NCBI GenBank assembly: GCA_039194325.1
Contig: JBCCWC010000002.1
Coordinates: forward strand, 1-64,000
Direction of reading: 5' to 3'
From: Myxococcota bacterium
GTDB taxonomy: Bacteria; Myxococcota_A; Polyangia; Nannocystales; Nannocystaceae
Length of the DNA: 64,000 nucleotides
Position 1 is the stretch's first letter, and each line of letters opens with the position of its first letter. The notes under the pieces were generated by a model. The model did not search any database. It saw only the letters and a program-made list of their open reading frames with translations, and was not told the origin of the DNA. Shown here one piece after another: positions 10,494 to 21,093 of this stretch. The position numbers and the translations under genes were made by a program.

Positions 10494-11057
10494 TCCGGGC
10501 AGCTCCTGGGGGAACCGGTCTCGAACCGGTAGGTCGCGCGACCTGCCCGATTCTAACAGGAGAGGTTCACTTGTCCCGAACGCACGACACCGCCCGATCG
10601 GTCAGGATCGCCGTGGGTCGCGGACCCGCGCAGATCGCGTTGGCCCGGAGGCCGCCCATGAATGGCGTCGGATCGCACCCGCAAACGTCAAACCGGGCAG
10701 GCCGAGCCACGACCCGCGACCCGAAGGTGTCCCGCTTTGGCATGCACAACCCGTATCCGCGAATTCATCGCCTAGCAGCCCGGGCGGCTAGGTCCTGGCC
10801 GTAGCCGGGCGGCCGAGCGCCGTCATCGTCGAGGCTGGGGTCTTCGCCGTGGCGGCGTGGATTTCGTCCTCTTGCTGTCACTTTTGTGGGCGCATCTACT
10901 AGGGGTGCATTTACGTTCCACACCGTGCAACGCGTCGGGCCGGGGGTGCAACGTGCGGGGCCTCGACTCCGCCGCGAGCGGGAGCAAAAGGGGCGAGCGT
11001 CAGCGACGGGCCAGCAAGGGTTGCGTCGACCCATCATTGTTGGAGCGGGAGCGGGGG

Positions 11058-11073
11058 TGGCACGCTGGGTGCA
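11058..11073 (+). promoter_or_regulatory. Candidate sigma54 (-24/-12) promoter for the dioxygenase gene
   Basis: TGGCACGCTGGGTGCA fits GG-N10-GC with TGGCACG; it lies just before RBS GGAGG (11087) and ATG 11097. GTGCA direct repeats at 10905, 10925 and 10946 may be enhancer sites. Confidence 0.55.
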
Positions 11074-11096
11074 CAGCCATTGGTGCGGAGGATTTC

Positions 11097-12023
<927 letters not shown>

Positions 12024-12081
12024 CGACGAGCCCCTCACTTTGACACCATAGCGCGTGGTTGCAAGCCGGCAACGAGGGCTT

Positions 12082-12141
12082 GCGACCGGGTGGGCGACCA
12101 GGTGGGCGACCAGGTGGGCGACCGGTTGGGCGACCGGGGGT
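12082..12141. repeat. Intergenic 12-bp tandem repeat (GCGACCRGGTGG-like) x5
   Basis: Units start at 12082, 12094, 12106, 12118 and 12130. Confidence 0.9.
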
Positions 12142-12211
12142 GGCCCCCTCGATTGCGTCATCGATGATGAGCGACAAACCGCTGGTGCGGTGCACCCCGC
12201 TTGCTAAGGTG

Positions 12212-12256
12212 CAGGCGGCACAGACGGCACAGGCGGTACAAACGGTACAAACAGTT
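12212..12256. repeat. Degenerate 9-bp tandem repeat x5 in the cydA leader
   Basis: CAGGCGGCA CAGACGGCA CAGGCGGTA CAAACGGTA CAAACAGTT. Confidence 0.75.
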
Positions 12257-12269
12257 CAGCAGGAGCACG

Positions 12270-13772
12270 ATGGATCTCGACCTCGTTGAGTTGTCCCGAG
12301 CCCAATTCGCCCTGACGGTGATGTTTCACTACCTGTTCCCGCCCCTGTCGATCGGGCTGGGGCTGCTGATGGTGGTGATGGAGGGGCTGTACCTGCGCAC
12401 GGGCAACCCGCAGTACGAAGCCATGACCCGGTTCTGGACCCGGATCTTCGCGGTCAACTTCGCGGTGGGGGTGGCCTCGGGCATCACCATGGAATTCCAG
12501 TTTGGGACCAACTGGGCCGCCTACTCGCGGTTCGTGGGCGACGTGTTCGGCTCGGCGCTGGCGGCGGAGGGGATCTTCGCGTTCTTCCTCGAGTCCGGCT
12601 TCTTGGCCGTGCTGGTCTTTGGCTGGAACCGCGTGGGCCCGCGCATGCACTTTTTTGCCACCACCATGGTCTTCTTGGGGTCGTGCTTCTCGGCGGTGTG
12701 GATCGTCATCGCCAACTCGTGGCAGCACACCCCGGCCGGCTTTCACCTGGTGGAGCACCAGGGGGTCCTGCGCGCCGAGATCACCGACTTTTGGGCTATG
12801 GTGTTCAATCCCTCCGCCATGCACCGGTTGGGCCACGTGATGCTGGGCGCGTTCATCCTGGGGGCGTTCTTCGTGATGAGCATCAGCGCCTGGTATCTAC
12901 TCAAGCGCCGCCACGAGGACTTCGCGCGCCGCAGCTTCCTCATCGCGCTGACGGTAGGGGCGCTGGCCTCGTGGGGCGAGCTGGTCAGCGGGCACTCGCA
13001 GGCCCGGGCGGTCGCCCACAATCAGCCGGCCAAGCTCGCGGCCTTCGAAGGGCACTTTGTCACCGCCGAGCAGGGCGCCGAGCAGGGCACCGAGCTGTGG
13101 GTGCTGGGCTGGCCCAACGTCGAGCAGCAGCGGGTCGACTATGGGATCGGGATCCCCGGCATGCTCAGCTACCTCGTCTACGACGATTTCGACCGGCCGC
13201 TGCCCGCCCTCGACCAGTTCCCCCCCGAGGATCGCCCGCCGGTGGTGGTGCCCTTCGTCAGCTACCACGTGATGGTGGCGCTAGGCATGGCGTTCATCGG
13301 CATGACCTCGCTGGCGCTGGTGCTGTGGTGGCGCGGGGTGCTGTTTCGGCAGCGGTGGCTGCTGTGGCTGTTTGTGGTGGCCGTGGTCGGCCCCTACATC
13401 GCCAACCAGACCGGCTGGGTGGCGGCCGAGGTAGGGCGCCAGCCCTGGGTGGTCTACGGCCTGCTGCGTACCTCCGACGGCGTGTCGGCCCTGGTGCCGC
13501 CCGAGCAGGTGCTCGTGTCGCTCGTGGCATTCTCCGGGGTCTACCTGGCGCTGCTGGCCGTGTGGCTCTACGTGGTCAACGAGAAGATCCGCCATGGTCC
13601 GCCCGAGCCGGCGGCCGCTTCCACAAGCAGCACGGGCAGCACGAGCACCACCGGCCTGGTCGCGGCCGCGGCTGCGGCCGGCGTGGGGCGAGGGGGCCAC
13701 TCCTACACCGACACGGCCGACGAGGTTGCCGCTCGCAGCAGCGCGGCGCTGGCCATGGAGGACGACGGCTGA
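12270..13772 (+). CDS. cydA: Cytochrome bd ubiquinol oxidase subunit I
   Basis: [43 protein letters not shown] and [16 protein letters not shown] motifs; AGGAG RBS. Confidence 0.95.
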   Translation: MDLDLVELSRAQFALTVMFHYLFPPLSIGLGLLMVVMEGLYLRTGNPQYEAMTRFWTRIFAVNFAVGVASGITMEFQFGTNWAAYSRFVGDVFGSALAAEGIFAFFLESGFLAVLVFGWNRVGPRMHFFATTMVFLGSCFSAVWIVIANSWQHTPAGFHLVEHQGVLRAEITDFWAMVFNPSAMHRLGHVMLGAFILGAFFVMSISAWYLLKRRHEDFARRSFLIALTVGALASWGELVSGHSQARAVAHNQPAKLAAFEGHFVTAEQGAEQGTELWVLGWPNVEQQRVDYGIGIPGMLSYLVYDDFDRPLPALDQFPPEDRPPVVVPFVSYHVMVALGMAFIGMTSLALVLWWRGVLFRQRWLLWLFVVAVVGPYIANQTGWVAAEVGRQPWVVYGLLRTSDGVSALVPPEQVLVSLVAFSGVYLALLAVWLYVVNEKIRHGPPEPAAASTSSTGSTSTTGLVAAAAAAGVGRGGHSYTDTADEVAARSSAALAMEDDG

Positions 13773-14785
13773 TGGATCTACATATCGCTTGGTTCATCCT
13801 GCTGGGCGTGCTCTTGATGGGCTACGCGATCCTCGACGGCTTCGATCTGGGCGTGGGGATCCTGTTCCCGCTGGTGCGGGGGGACACCGAGCGCCGCCTG
13901 GTGCTCAACAGCATCGGGCCGCTGTGGGACGGCAACGAGGTCTGGCTGGTCACCTTCGGCGGGGCGCTGTTCTCCGCCTTCCCCGAGGCCTACGCCACCG
14001 TGCTCTCGGGCTTCTACCTGCCCGTGATCCTCGTGCTGCTCTCGCTTGTGGGGCGGGCGATCTCCATCGAGTTTCGCGGCAAGAGCCAGTCTCGCTTTTG
14101 GCGGGGCTACTGGGATTTCTCCTTTTTCCTGTCGAGCCTGGTGGCCACGCTGGTGTTCGGGGTGGCCCTGGGCAACGTGGTGGGGGGCATTGCGCTCACG
14201 GTCCAGGGCCACTACGCCGGGAGGCTGGGCGATCTGTTCCAGCCCTTTGCCCTCGCGGTGGGGCTGTTGGCCGTGGTGGGGGCGGCGATGCACGGGGCGC
14301 TCTATCTACAGCTCAAGGTCGAGGGGCCCCTGGCGCAGCACGTGCGCCGCTGGGCGTGGGGGGCCTACTTCGCCTTCGTGGGGCTCAATATCGTGGTCGC
14401 CGGGCTGGCGCTCACCCGGGTGCCTCACCTCTTGGTCAACTTCGAGCGGTGGCCCGTCGTGTGGGTCATGCCCGTGCTCGTAGGGTTGGCCTTGGCCAAC
14501 ATTTCCCGGGGGCTGGCCCGGGGGCGGCCCATGGGGGCGTTCCTCTCCTCGTGCGCCACGATCGCGGGACTGACCTTCCTGGCCGCGGCCGCGCTCTATC
14601 CCAACATCGTGGTCTCCAGCTCGGCCGCGCCCAGCCTCGACATCTACCGCGCCGCCTCGTCCGAGGCCACGCTGCGGCTGATGGGGATCATCGCGCTCAT
14701 CGGGATGCCGCTGGTGGCCACGTATACCGCCACGGTGTACTGGGTGTTTCGGGGGAAGGTGAAGCTCGACGAGCACTCGTATTGA
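13772..14785 (+). CDS. cydB: Cytochrome bd ubiquinol oxidase subunit II
   Basis: YAILDGFDLGVG, IGPLWDGNEVWL and YWVFRGKV motifs; TGATG overlap with cydA. Confidence 0.95.
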   Translation: MDLHIAWFILLGVLLMGYAILDGFDLGVGILFPLVRGDTERRLVLNSIGPLWDGNEVWLVTFGGALFSAFPEAYATVLSGFYLPVILVLLSLVGRAISIEFRGKSQSRFWRGYWDFSFFLSSLVATLVFGVALGNVVGGIALTVQGHYAGRLGDLFQPFALAVGLLAVVGAAMHGALYLQLKVEGPLAQHVRRWAWGAYFAFVGLNIVVAGLALTRVPHLLVNFERWPVVWVMPVLVGLALANISRGLARGRPMGAFLSSCATIAGLTFLAAAALYPNIVVSSSAAPSLDIYRAASSEATLRLMGIIALIGMPLVATYTATVYWVFRGKVKLDEHSY

Positions 14786-14857
14786 GGGGGCTGGTACGCC
14801 CGGTCGCTAGCGAGTAAACGCCCGTTTCCGTTCCTCCTGGGCGCCGCTTGGGCAAGA

Positions 14858-14902
14858 CCGAGGCCGGGCGCGACGCAGTCGCGCATCCCGAGCCGGCCTC
14901 GG
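14858..14902. terminator. GC-rich nested stem-loop between convergent cydB and the vWA gene
   Basis: Outer arms CCGAGGCCGG / CCGGCCTCGG enclose the inner hairpin GCGCGAC-GCA-GTCGCGC; no clear U-tract. Confidence 0.5.
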
Positions 14903-14912
14903 CATAGAAATC

Positions 14913-16094
14913 TCAGCCGCGGATGATCTGCGCCATACACTCCGCCAGCTTCTCGGGCGTGCACACCAAGATGTCCATCCCCACTCGGCGTAGCTGACCG
15001 GCGGTTGCGCGGTTGTACGCCGGTCGAGCGTCGTACCCCAGCGCGCCGAGCCCGATGAGCCGCACGCCGGACTCGGCCAGACCGCGGGTGACCTTGACCA
15101 GGTCGTGCTCGGGCCCTCCTTCGTAGAAATCGGTGATGAGGACCACGATCGTGCGGGCCGGCTCGCGCACGAGCTGCTGGGCGTAGCGCATGGCGTGGGC
15201 GATGTGGGTGCCGCCGCCCAGCTGCACCTTCAACAGCACGTCGACCGGCTGCCCCACCTGGTCGCTCAGATCGACGACGTCGGTGTCGAACAGAAATAGC
15301 GAGGTCCGCACCGCGGGCAGCTCGTAGAAGATCGAGGCCATCACGGCGGAGAACACGGCCGAGTCGAGCATGGAGCCCGACTGGTCCACGGCCACGATGA
15401 TGTGCCAGGGCCGCTTGTTGCGCTCGGCCGCGTAGAAGAACAGGCGGTCGACGACCAGCTGCTGGCGGTCGTGGTCGTAGTTGTGGAGGTTGCGGCGCAG
15501 GGTGGTGGGCAGGTCGAGGTTGCGGAACACCGCGCGGGGCGAGTGACGATCGCGGCGGAGCGCCCCGACGATCGCGGGCTCGACCTGGACCTTGATCTTG
15601 TCCTTGAGCTCGGCGACGACCTTCTCGATGATCTTGCGCGCCAAGACCCGGGTCTTGGGGTTGAGCATGTCCTGGTGGGTGAGGATCGTCTTGACCAGCT
15701 CGATGTTGGGCTCGACCTTCTCGAGCAAGCGAGGCTCGTCGAGCAGCTGGTCGATGCCCTTGCGCGAGACCAGCTCGCGCTCCAGCACCTCGCGGGCGGC
15801 CCGAGGGAACAGCTCGTGGACGGCGTCGATCCAGGTGGGCACGTCGAGCGAGCGGCCCCGCCCGCGTCCGCCCTGGCGCGAGCGCTGGCGATGGTTTGGG
15901 CCGCGGCTGTGGCCGCTCTTTGCTCCGCCGCCCTCGCTCTGGCCAAACAGATAGTCGCAGACCGCGTCGAGCCGCTCGTGGCCTTGCCCGGGTGCCAGGG
16001 TCATGCCGTGCTCTTCGGCGGTGTTGCCCAGCACCAGCCGCCAGCGGGAAATAGCGGCCACGTCGGCCGGGCTCGGATCGTCGTGTTGGGCCAT
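14913..16094 (-). CDS. vWA domain protein (VWA_CoxE / YehP-like)
   Basis: N-terminal RWRLVLG; MIDAS DQSGSM, GGGTHI and ITDFYEG motifs; lies downstream of DUF5682 and YehL. Confidence 0.85.
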   Translation of the reverse strand: MAQHDDPSPADVAAISRWRLVLGNTAEEHGMTLAPGQGHERLDAVCDYLFGQSEGGGAKSGHSRGPNHRQRSRQGGRGRGRSLDVPTWIDAVHELFPRAAREVLERELVSRKGIDQLLDEPRLLEKVEPNIELVKTILTHQDMLNPKTRVLARKIIEKVVAELKDKIKVQVEPAIVGALRRDRHSPRAVFRNLDLPTTLRRNLHNYDHDRQQLVVDRLFFYAAERNKRPWHIIVAVDQSGSMLDSAVFSAVMASIFYELPAVRTSLFLFDTDVVDLSDQVGQPVDVLLKVQLGGGTHIAHAMRYAQQLVREPARTIVVLITDFYEGGPEHDLVKVTRGLAESGVRLIGLGALGYDARPAYNRATAGQLRRVGMDILVCTPEKLAECMAQIIRG

Positions 16095-16098
16095 CGGC

Positions 16099-18603
16099 TC
16101 ACAGCTCCCATCCATCCATGATCTCGGCCACGCGGTGGTCGATGGTGGCCATCAGGGCCGCCGCCCCCACCGTCAGATCCAGGTCGAGCTCCTCGGCCTC
16201 GCGCAGGCCGTAGCGGAGCGCCACGCGGTCGCACATCGTGCCCAGATCGGCCCCCTGCAGCCGAGTGAACGCCTCGCGCAGGCGCGGCAGCATGGTCAAG
16301 AAGGTCTCCCAGTCGGCCGCGCGTAAGAGCTCGTCGACCGCCTCGATGATCGCGTCGGCGCCCAGCATCAACGAGGTCCGCGAGACCTCCATCACCCCGC
16401 GCACGAAATCACCGGCGCCTAGCATGGTCTCGACCGAGCCGCGGGCCAGGCCGGTGATCTCGGCGGCGAGATCACCGGCTTCGATGATGCGGATCTCGGC
16501 GAGCAGTCCGAGAAAAACCCCTCGCATGGTCATCACCGTGGTGTCGGCGGCCGCGATCTTGATGTACTCGGCGAAGAGATCGCGATCGAGGCCGAGCTTG
16601 GTCTCGGAGATCACCGCGTCGGCGATCGCCACGAGCCCCGCGATCACGTCGGCCTCCTCCTGCGGCGGAACCGACGCAATGTTGGGGATCGCAAAGCTGG
16701 CCCGGGAAAAGCAGCGACCGACGAGCTCGCCGGTCACGTCGCGGCGCAAGCCCTGATAGCTCGCGCGCTTGTCGAGCACGAGCAGGTGGGTGAGGGCTTC
16801 GGCCAGCGACACGAAGCGTGCGTCGTCGTCGATGGTCGGGCCGCAGATCACGTCGATCCGATGGGCAAAGCCGGGCAGATCCATGTCGAGGGCCTCCACG
16901 ATCCGCCGGGTGGTGGCGCCGGCCGACAGGCGATCATGAGCCAGCGATTCCTCCAGCTTGGCGATCGCCGCGCTCTGGATGGTGTCTCCGTACTGGCTGC
17001 GCTCGATGAGGGTGGGCTCGACCCGAGGCGACCAGCGCAAGCGCCAGTCCTCCTGGAAGATCGTGCCGTCGAGTCCGTTGCCGGCGGTCTCGAGCGCACA
17101 GGCGCCCACGCCCAGGAAGACCAGCCGGTGCAGGAACGCGGAGCGACGCGCGTGCTCGGGGTCTTTGCGATCGAGCGTGAGCCGCTGGTCGAGATCCTTG
17201 TCGAGGATCGACCCCAGGGATAGATCGCTGACCTGCGCGTAGAAGTCGGCCACGATCGGCAGCTGGCCCAGCGCGTCGGTGACCTTGCCGACCCGGCTGC
17301 CCACCGCCGCGTCGCGCATGGCCGCCAGCAGGTCCAGGCCCACCTGCTGGGGGTCGCCCTTGCAGCAGCAGGTCAGCAGCGCGTCCTCGATGTCGTCGAG
17401 GGTGGGCTCGCTGCGGCCGCGAAGGCGGCCGAGCATCATGGCGTGCTGGGTGACCGCGATGGCGTCGGCCGAGGACAGGACGTCGCCTTTGCGGCGACCG
17501 CGGCGGAGCACACGGGTGACATGCTCGATGACCAGGTCGTCGTGATCACGTGCCTTGGAGATCGCGTCCCACTGGAGCTGGTAGAAGGCGGGGGCGCGGT
17601 TGCCCGCCGCGTAGCCCGAGATCTCCGCGACGCGATAGTAGGAGTAGGGAACGACGGTGGTGTGCAGGGTACCTGGCGGCGGTCGCGGTGGTTCGGTGGG
17701 GTCGTCGCGATCGAGCAGCATGTGGAATCCGCCGGTGACGACGACGACGTCTTGTTCACCGAGCCCGCGCTGGGTGATCTGTCGCCGGATCTCGCGGATC
17801 ATGAAGCGCTCGCGGGGCAGCGTGTCGTCGTCGGCGATCTGCTGGGGATCGGTGGTGGCCCGGGCCGCGGCGCAGAAGTAAGCCAGGTCGCGACGAAAGT
17901 CCTCACGATCGCGTCGAACTCCGCCGACCTCGAAGAGGCTGTCCCACGCCTCATTGAAGGTGCGAAAGCCCGCCGCGGCCGCCAGGCGCTGATAGAACTC
18001 GCTGCGGACGATCAGGTGCTCGGCGCCTCCCGCCTCCTGGGCGGGGAGGGTCGCGGTCGGGGGGGCGGCGCTGGGAGTTGCCGTGGTGAGCTCGTCGCTC
18101 GAGGGCGGGGGCTCGGCGTTGCCTGGCGGCCGGCCCAGCGACTGGCCCGGCTCGATGAGTGCATGGTGGGGTAGATCGATGAACGCGCAATCGGCCCCCA
18201 CCTCGCGGGCCGCCGCCATCGCGACCAGCTCGGGCGAGTAGGGCAGCACGGGGTACCACGCGGCGAAGCGAGCGGGGATGTCCACGGCCGGGGTGTCGAT
18301 CCCGGCGCGTCCCAGCACGTTGTCGTCGTCGCGATAGCTCGAGTAGATCGCCACCGGCGGTCGCGTCTTGCGGTCGAGCAGGTGGGGCAGCAGGTGGTTG
18401 GCCTCGCAGGGGCCCTCGATGAGCACCAACGCGGGTTTGCGGGCGCGGATCGTCGCACCCAGGTGGTGCGCGACGGTGGGGGAGTGGTGGCGCACCGGGA
18501 ACCAGTGAAGCTCCTGCCCGAGCACACGGTCCACCCGCCCGAGCAGGGCGGGCAGGTCGAGGACGAGGCCGGCGACCTCGCGGATATCGACGCGTGAGCC
18601 CAT
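16099..18603 (-). CDS. DUF5682 family protein (YehM-like)
   Basis: FPVRHHSP, LIEGP, YSPELVA, RERFM, VTGGFH, SGYAAGN and FLHRL motifs; start at ATG 18603, 1 nt after the AAA stop. Confidence 0.8.
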   Translation of the reverse strand: MGSRVDIREVAGLVLDLPALLGRVDRVLGQELHWFPVRHHSPTVAHHLGATIRARKPALVLIEGPCEANHLLPHLLDRKTRPPVAIYSSYRDDDNVLGRAGIDTPAVDIPARFAAWYPVLPYSPELVAMAAAREVGADCAFIDLPHHALIEPGQSLGRPPGNAEPPPSSDELTTATPSAAPPTATLPAQEAGGAEHLIVRSEFYQRLAAAAGFRTFNEAWDSLFEVGGVRRDREDFRRDLAYFCAAARATTDPQQIADDDTLPRERFMIREIRRQITQRGLGEQDVVVVTGGFHMLLDRDDPTEPPRPPPGTLHTTVVPYSYYRVAEISGYAAGNRAPAFYQLQWDAISKARDHDDLVIEHVTRVLRRGRRKGDVLSSADAIAVTQHAMMLGRLRGRSEPTLDDIEDALLTCCCKGDPQQVGLDLLAAMRDAAVGSRVGKVTDALGQLPIVADFYAQVSDLSLGSILDKDLDQRLTLDRKDPEHARRSAFLHRLVFLGVGACALETAGNGLDGTIFQEDWRLRWSPRVEPTLIERSQYGDTIQSAAIAKLEESLAHDRLSAGATTRRIVEALDMDLPGFAHRIDVICGPTIDDDARFVSLAEALTHLLVLDKRASYQGLRRDVTGELVGRCFSRASFAIPNIASVPPQEEADVIAGLVAIADAVISETKLGLDRDLFAEYIKIAAADTTVMTMRGVFLGLLAEIRIIEAGDLAAEITGLARGSVETMLGAGDFVRGVMEVSRTSLMLGADAIIEAVDELLRAADWETFLTMLPRLREAFTRLQGADLGTMCDRVALRYGLREAEELDLDLTVGAAALMATIDHRVAEIMDGWEL

Positions 18604-18604
18604 G

Positions 18605-19837
18605 TCAGCGTACGGCCGCGGTGAGGGCGGCGTGGAAGTCCTTCCAGGCGGGATCCTTGGTGGCGCGCTTCTTGGCCACGAGCGAGGCGTACTCGCGCAG
18701 CGCGGCCAGATCGGCCAGATCTTCCTTGACCACCGAGCCCGCGAGGTTGCGGGCGATGTCTGCGGCGCTGACTCGACCGTCGCCGAAGTAGCGCGCATGG
18801 AGGGCGGCATCGAGCGCGCAGCCGATCGCCTCGGCCGTGCTCATGGTGGTGCCGGGCTTTTTGAGTCCTACGCCGTCTTTGCTCTTGCCGTGGCGGATCT
18901 CGCGGAACACGGTGGTCAGCAGGTCGAGGATCGGCGGATCGACCCGGGCCTCGATGTTGTAGCGCTGCATCAGCTCGCTGGTGCGTTGCTTGACGATCTT
19001 TTGCTCGGTGCGCTGATCCCCCACGATGGGGATGTGCACATAGTTGAAGCGTCGCTTGAGGGCGGCCGACAGCTCGTTGACTCCTTGGTCGCGGGTGTTG
19101 GCGGTGGCGATCACGTTGAAGCCCGGCTTGGCCCACAAAAGCGGTGACTCGGGCAGCTCGGGCACGGCGATCGCCTTGTCGGAGAGGATCGACACCAGGG
19201 CGTCCTGCACGTCGGGGACGCAGCGGGTGATCTCCTCGAAGCGCAGCACCGCACCGGTGCGCATGGCGTTCATGGTGGGTGAGGGCACCAGGTTGGCCAG
19301 CGTATAGCCCTCGGCGATCACTCGGGCCACGTTCCACGAGTACTTGATGTGCTCCTCGGTGGTCCCGGCCGTGCCCTGGATCGTGAGGCTGGAGTTGCCG
19401 CTGACTGCCGCGGCCAGGTGCTCGGACAGCCAGCTCTTGCCCGTGCCGGGCTCGCCGACGAGCAGCAACGCCCGCTCCGAGGCCAGGGTGACGATCGCTC
19501 GCTCGACCACAGTGTCGTCGCCGAAGAACTTGCGGGTGATCTCGACGTCTTGCTTCTTGCCGTCGATGGTCGCGGTGAGGGTCTGGCCGCCAGTCACGTA
19601 GGTCAGCACCGCGCGCGGCGACAGCCGCCACGACATGGGCGGGGTGTCGTCGTCGTTCTGCACGAGGGCCTCGATCTGCTCGGCGTAGGCCACCTCGGCG
19701 GGTTCGCGCAGGACCTCGGCGTTCTGTTTCTTCGCGGCTGGCGCAGGTTCGTGGCCCGAGCCGGCCTTCTTGGTCGCGGTCTTGGTCGCGGTCTTCTTGG
19801 CCGGAGTCTTCTTGGCGGTCTTCTTCTTGGTTGCCAC
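18605..19837 (-). CDS. MoxR-family AAA+ ATPase, YehL subfamily, with a Lys/Ala/Thr-rich N-terminal tail
   Basis: WRLSPRAV, Walker A GEPGTGKSWLSE, Walker B RFEEITRC, ATANTRD and LSAALKRRF; GTG start with GAGGA RBS. Confidence 0.9.
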   Translation of the reverse strand: MATKKKTAKKTPAKKTATKTATKKAGSGHEPAPAAKKQNAEVLREPAEVAYAEQIEALVQNDDDTPPMSWRLSPRAVLTYVTGGQTLTATIDGKKQDVEITRKFFGDDTVVERAIVTLASERALLLVGEPGTGKSWLSEHLAAAVSGNSSLTIQGTAGTTEEHIKYSWNVARVIAEGYTLANLVPSPTMNAMRTGAVLRFEEITRCVPDVQDALVSILSDKAIAVPELPESPLLWAKPGFNVIATANTRDQGVNELSAALKRRFNYVHIPIVGDQRTEQKIVKQRTSELMQRYNIEARVDPPILDLLTTVFREIRHGKSKDGVGLKKPGTTMSTAEAIGCALDAALHARYFGDGRVSAADIARNLAGSVVKEDLADLAALREYASLVAKKRATKDPAWKDFHAALTAAVR

Positions 19838-19848
19838 GGTGCGTTCCT

Positions 19849-21093
19849 CTAGAACTTCAGGCTCTTTAGCAGGGCCTTCTTGTCGACCCCCTCGGAGGCC
19901 ACCATCAAGTGGATGGGTCCTCGCTGGGTGATGAGCGAGAGCGGGTGCATGACCAAACGGCAGGTCTCGTAGTGGACGATGCCAAACAGTCGGCCAGCTC
20001 GGGGATCCCGAGGAGGTGAGGGATCGGGGGAGGCCTTGGGGCGGGCGGTCTTGTTCTGGGTCGAGCGCTTGCGGGAGTTGGTCTTGGTCTTGGTCTGGGA
20101 CTTGGGGGCACCCGGGCCGTGACCGACGGGGAGCTTGCCGGCGAGGATCCGCTGGAGGTTGTCGCGTAGCGTGGCGCCTTCGGCCTCGGAGGACGCGATG
20201 CCGTCCAGCTCCAGGCCGGCGGTGTGGACGGGGTAGACGTGGCGCGGTCGGTTTTCGTCCTCGCGCGCGGCCGACAGCCGCCAGTCGTCGAACACGGCCA
20301 GCTCCTGCAGCTCGTTGGGGATCTCGATGGGGTCGATCTCGTGCTCTCGAACGCGCCGCAGCGCGAGCGCGGGATCCCACCCAGGCAGCTGCTCCCAGTC
20401 GTCGAAGGCGGGCCCGGCTTCGGCCTTGCTCTTGGGGTTGTCCCGGGGGGTCTGGATCCGCAGGCCCGAAGGATCGTGGACCAGCGTGGGATGGTGGAAG
20501 GTGATCACCGTGCCGTCGAGCAGGATCCGCGGCTTCCATTTTTGGGGTAGGGCCAGCTCGAGCAGGGCCTCGGGCGGGATCTTGCTGCCCTTCTTGAGCG
20601 GAAAGACCAGCGAGTAGACCGCGGGGGAGCCCAGCGCTCCGTCGTTCAGCACGCGCATGTGAAAGTCGAAGGCGCACACGCCGGGCAGCATTTTCTTCAT
20701 CACCCCCAGCGTCACCGCCTCGATCGCATCCACGGCTTCGAGGCGGCGGTCGAGCGCCAGGTGGGCGAATCGCTCGGTGTCGTCCGACTTCATGGAGTTT
20801 GCCATGCCGCGGGCGAGGACCCACACCCGGTTGCAGAACATGGACAGCCGTCGGGGCGAGAACTTTGGGTCCTTGGCCAGGTAGTGCTCCACTTGCTGCA
20901 TCACCACGCGGAGGCTGACCGCCAGCCGGCTCAGCTGTCGCTTGGAGGCTTCGCGGAACGCCACATCGAGCTTTTGACGGGTGGCTCGGGACGCCGTGGT
21001 CATGCCGCCCATCAGCAGCTGCTCGATCGTGTCTCCGAGCTCATCGAGCAGGCCTCGCAGGCGCTCGGCATCCGTCCCAGTGGGGGGCTTCAT
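19849..21093 (-). CDS. Hypothetical protein in the YehL operon (helical-bundle N-terminus)
   Basis: 414-aa ORF with host codon bias; ATGA overlap with the upstream gene and 11 nt gap to the AAA start. Confidence 0.75.
   Translation of the reverse strand: MKPPTGTDAERLRGLLDELGDTIEQLLMGGMTTASRATRQKLDVAFREASKRQLSRLAVSLRVVMQQVEHYLAKDPKFSPRRLSMFCNRVWVLARGMANSMKSDDTERFAHLALDRRLEAVDAIEAVTLGVMKKMLPGVCAFDFHMRVLNDGALGSPAVYSLVFPLKKGSKIPPEALLELALPQKWKPRILLDGTVITFHHPTLVHDPSGLRIQTPRDNPKSKAEAGPAFDDWEQLPGWDPALALRRVREHEIDPIEIPNELQELAVFDDWRLSAAREDENRPRHVYPVHTAGLELDGIASSEAEGATLRDNLQRILAGKLPVGHGPGAPKSQTKTKTNSRKRSTQNKTARPKASPDPSPPRDPRAGRLFGIVHYETCRLVMHPLSLITQRGPIHLMVASEGVDKKALLKSLKF

Noticed and set aside
7854..10791. 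Long antisense ORFs (for example 7854-9209, 9472-10791, 33918-35438, 35084-36829, 48727-50571, 53810-55666)
   Set aside because: They are expected shadows of high-GC3 genes on the opposite strand and contain no recognisable motifs.
12683..13771. The 700-aa ORF suggesting an N-terminally extended CydB
   Set aside because: The extension is an alternative frame over cydA; CydB starts at ATG 13772.
19838..20824. The 739-aa ORF suggesting a long N-terminal domain on the AAA+ ATPase, and likewise the extension on the 903-aa DUF5682 ORF
   Set aside because: These are Arg/Pro-rich shadow-frame sequences over the upstream genes; better starts exist at 19837 and 18603.
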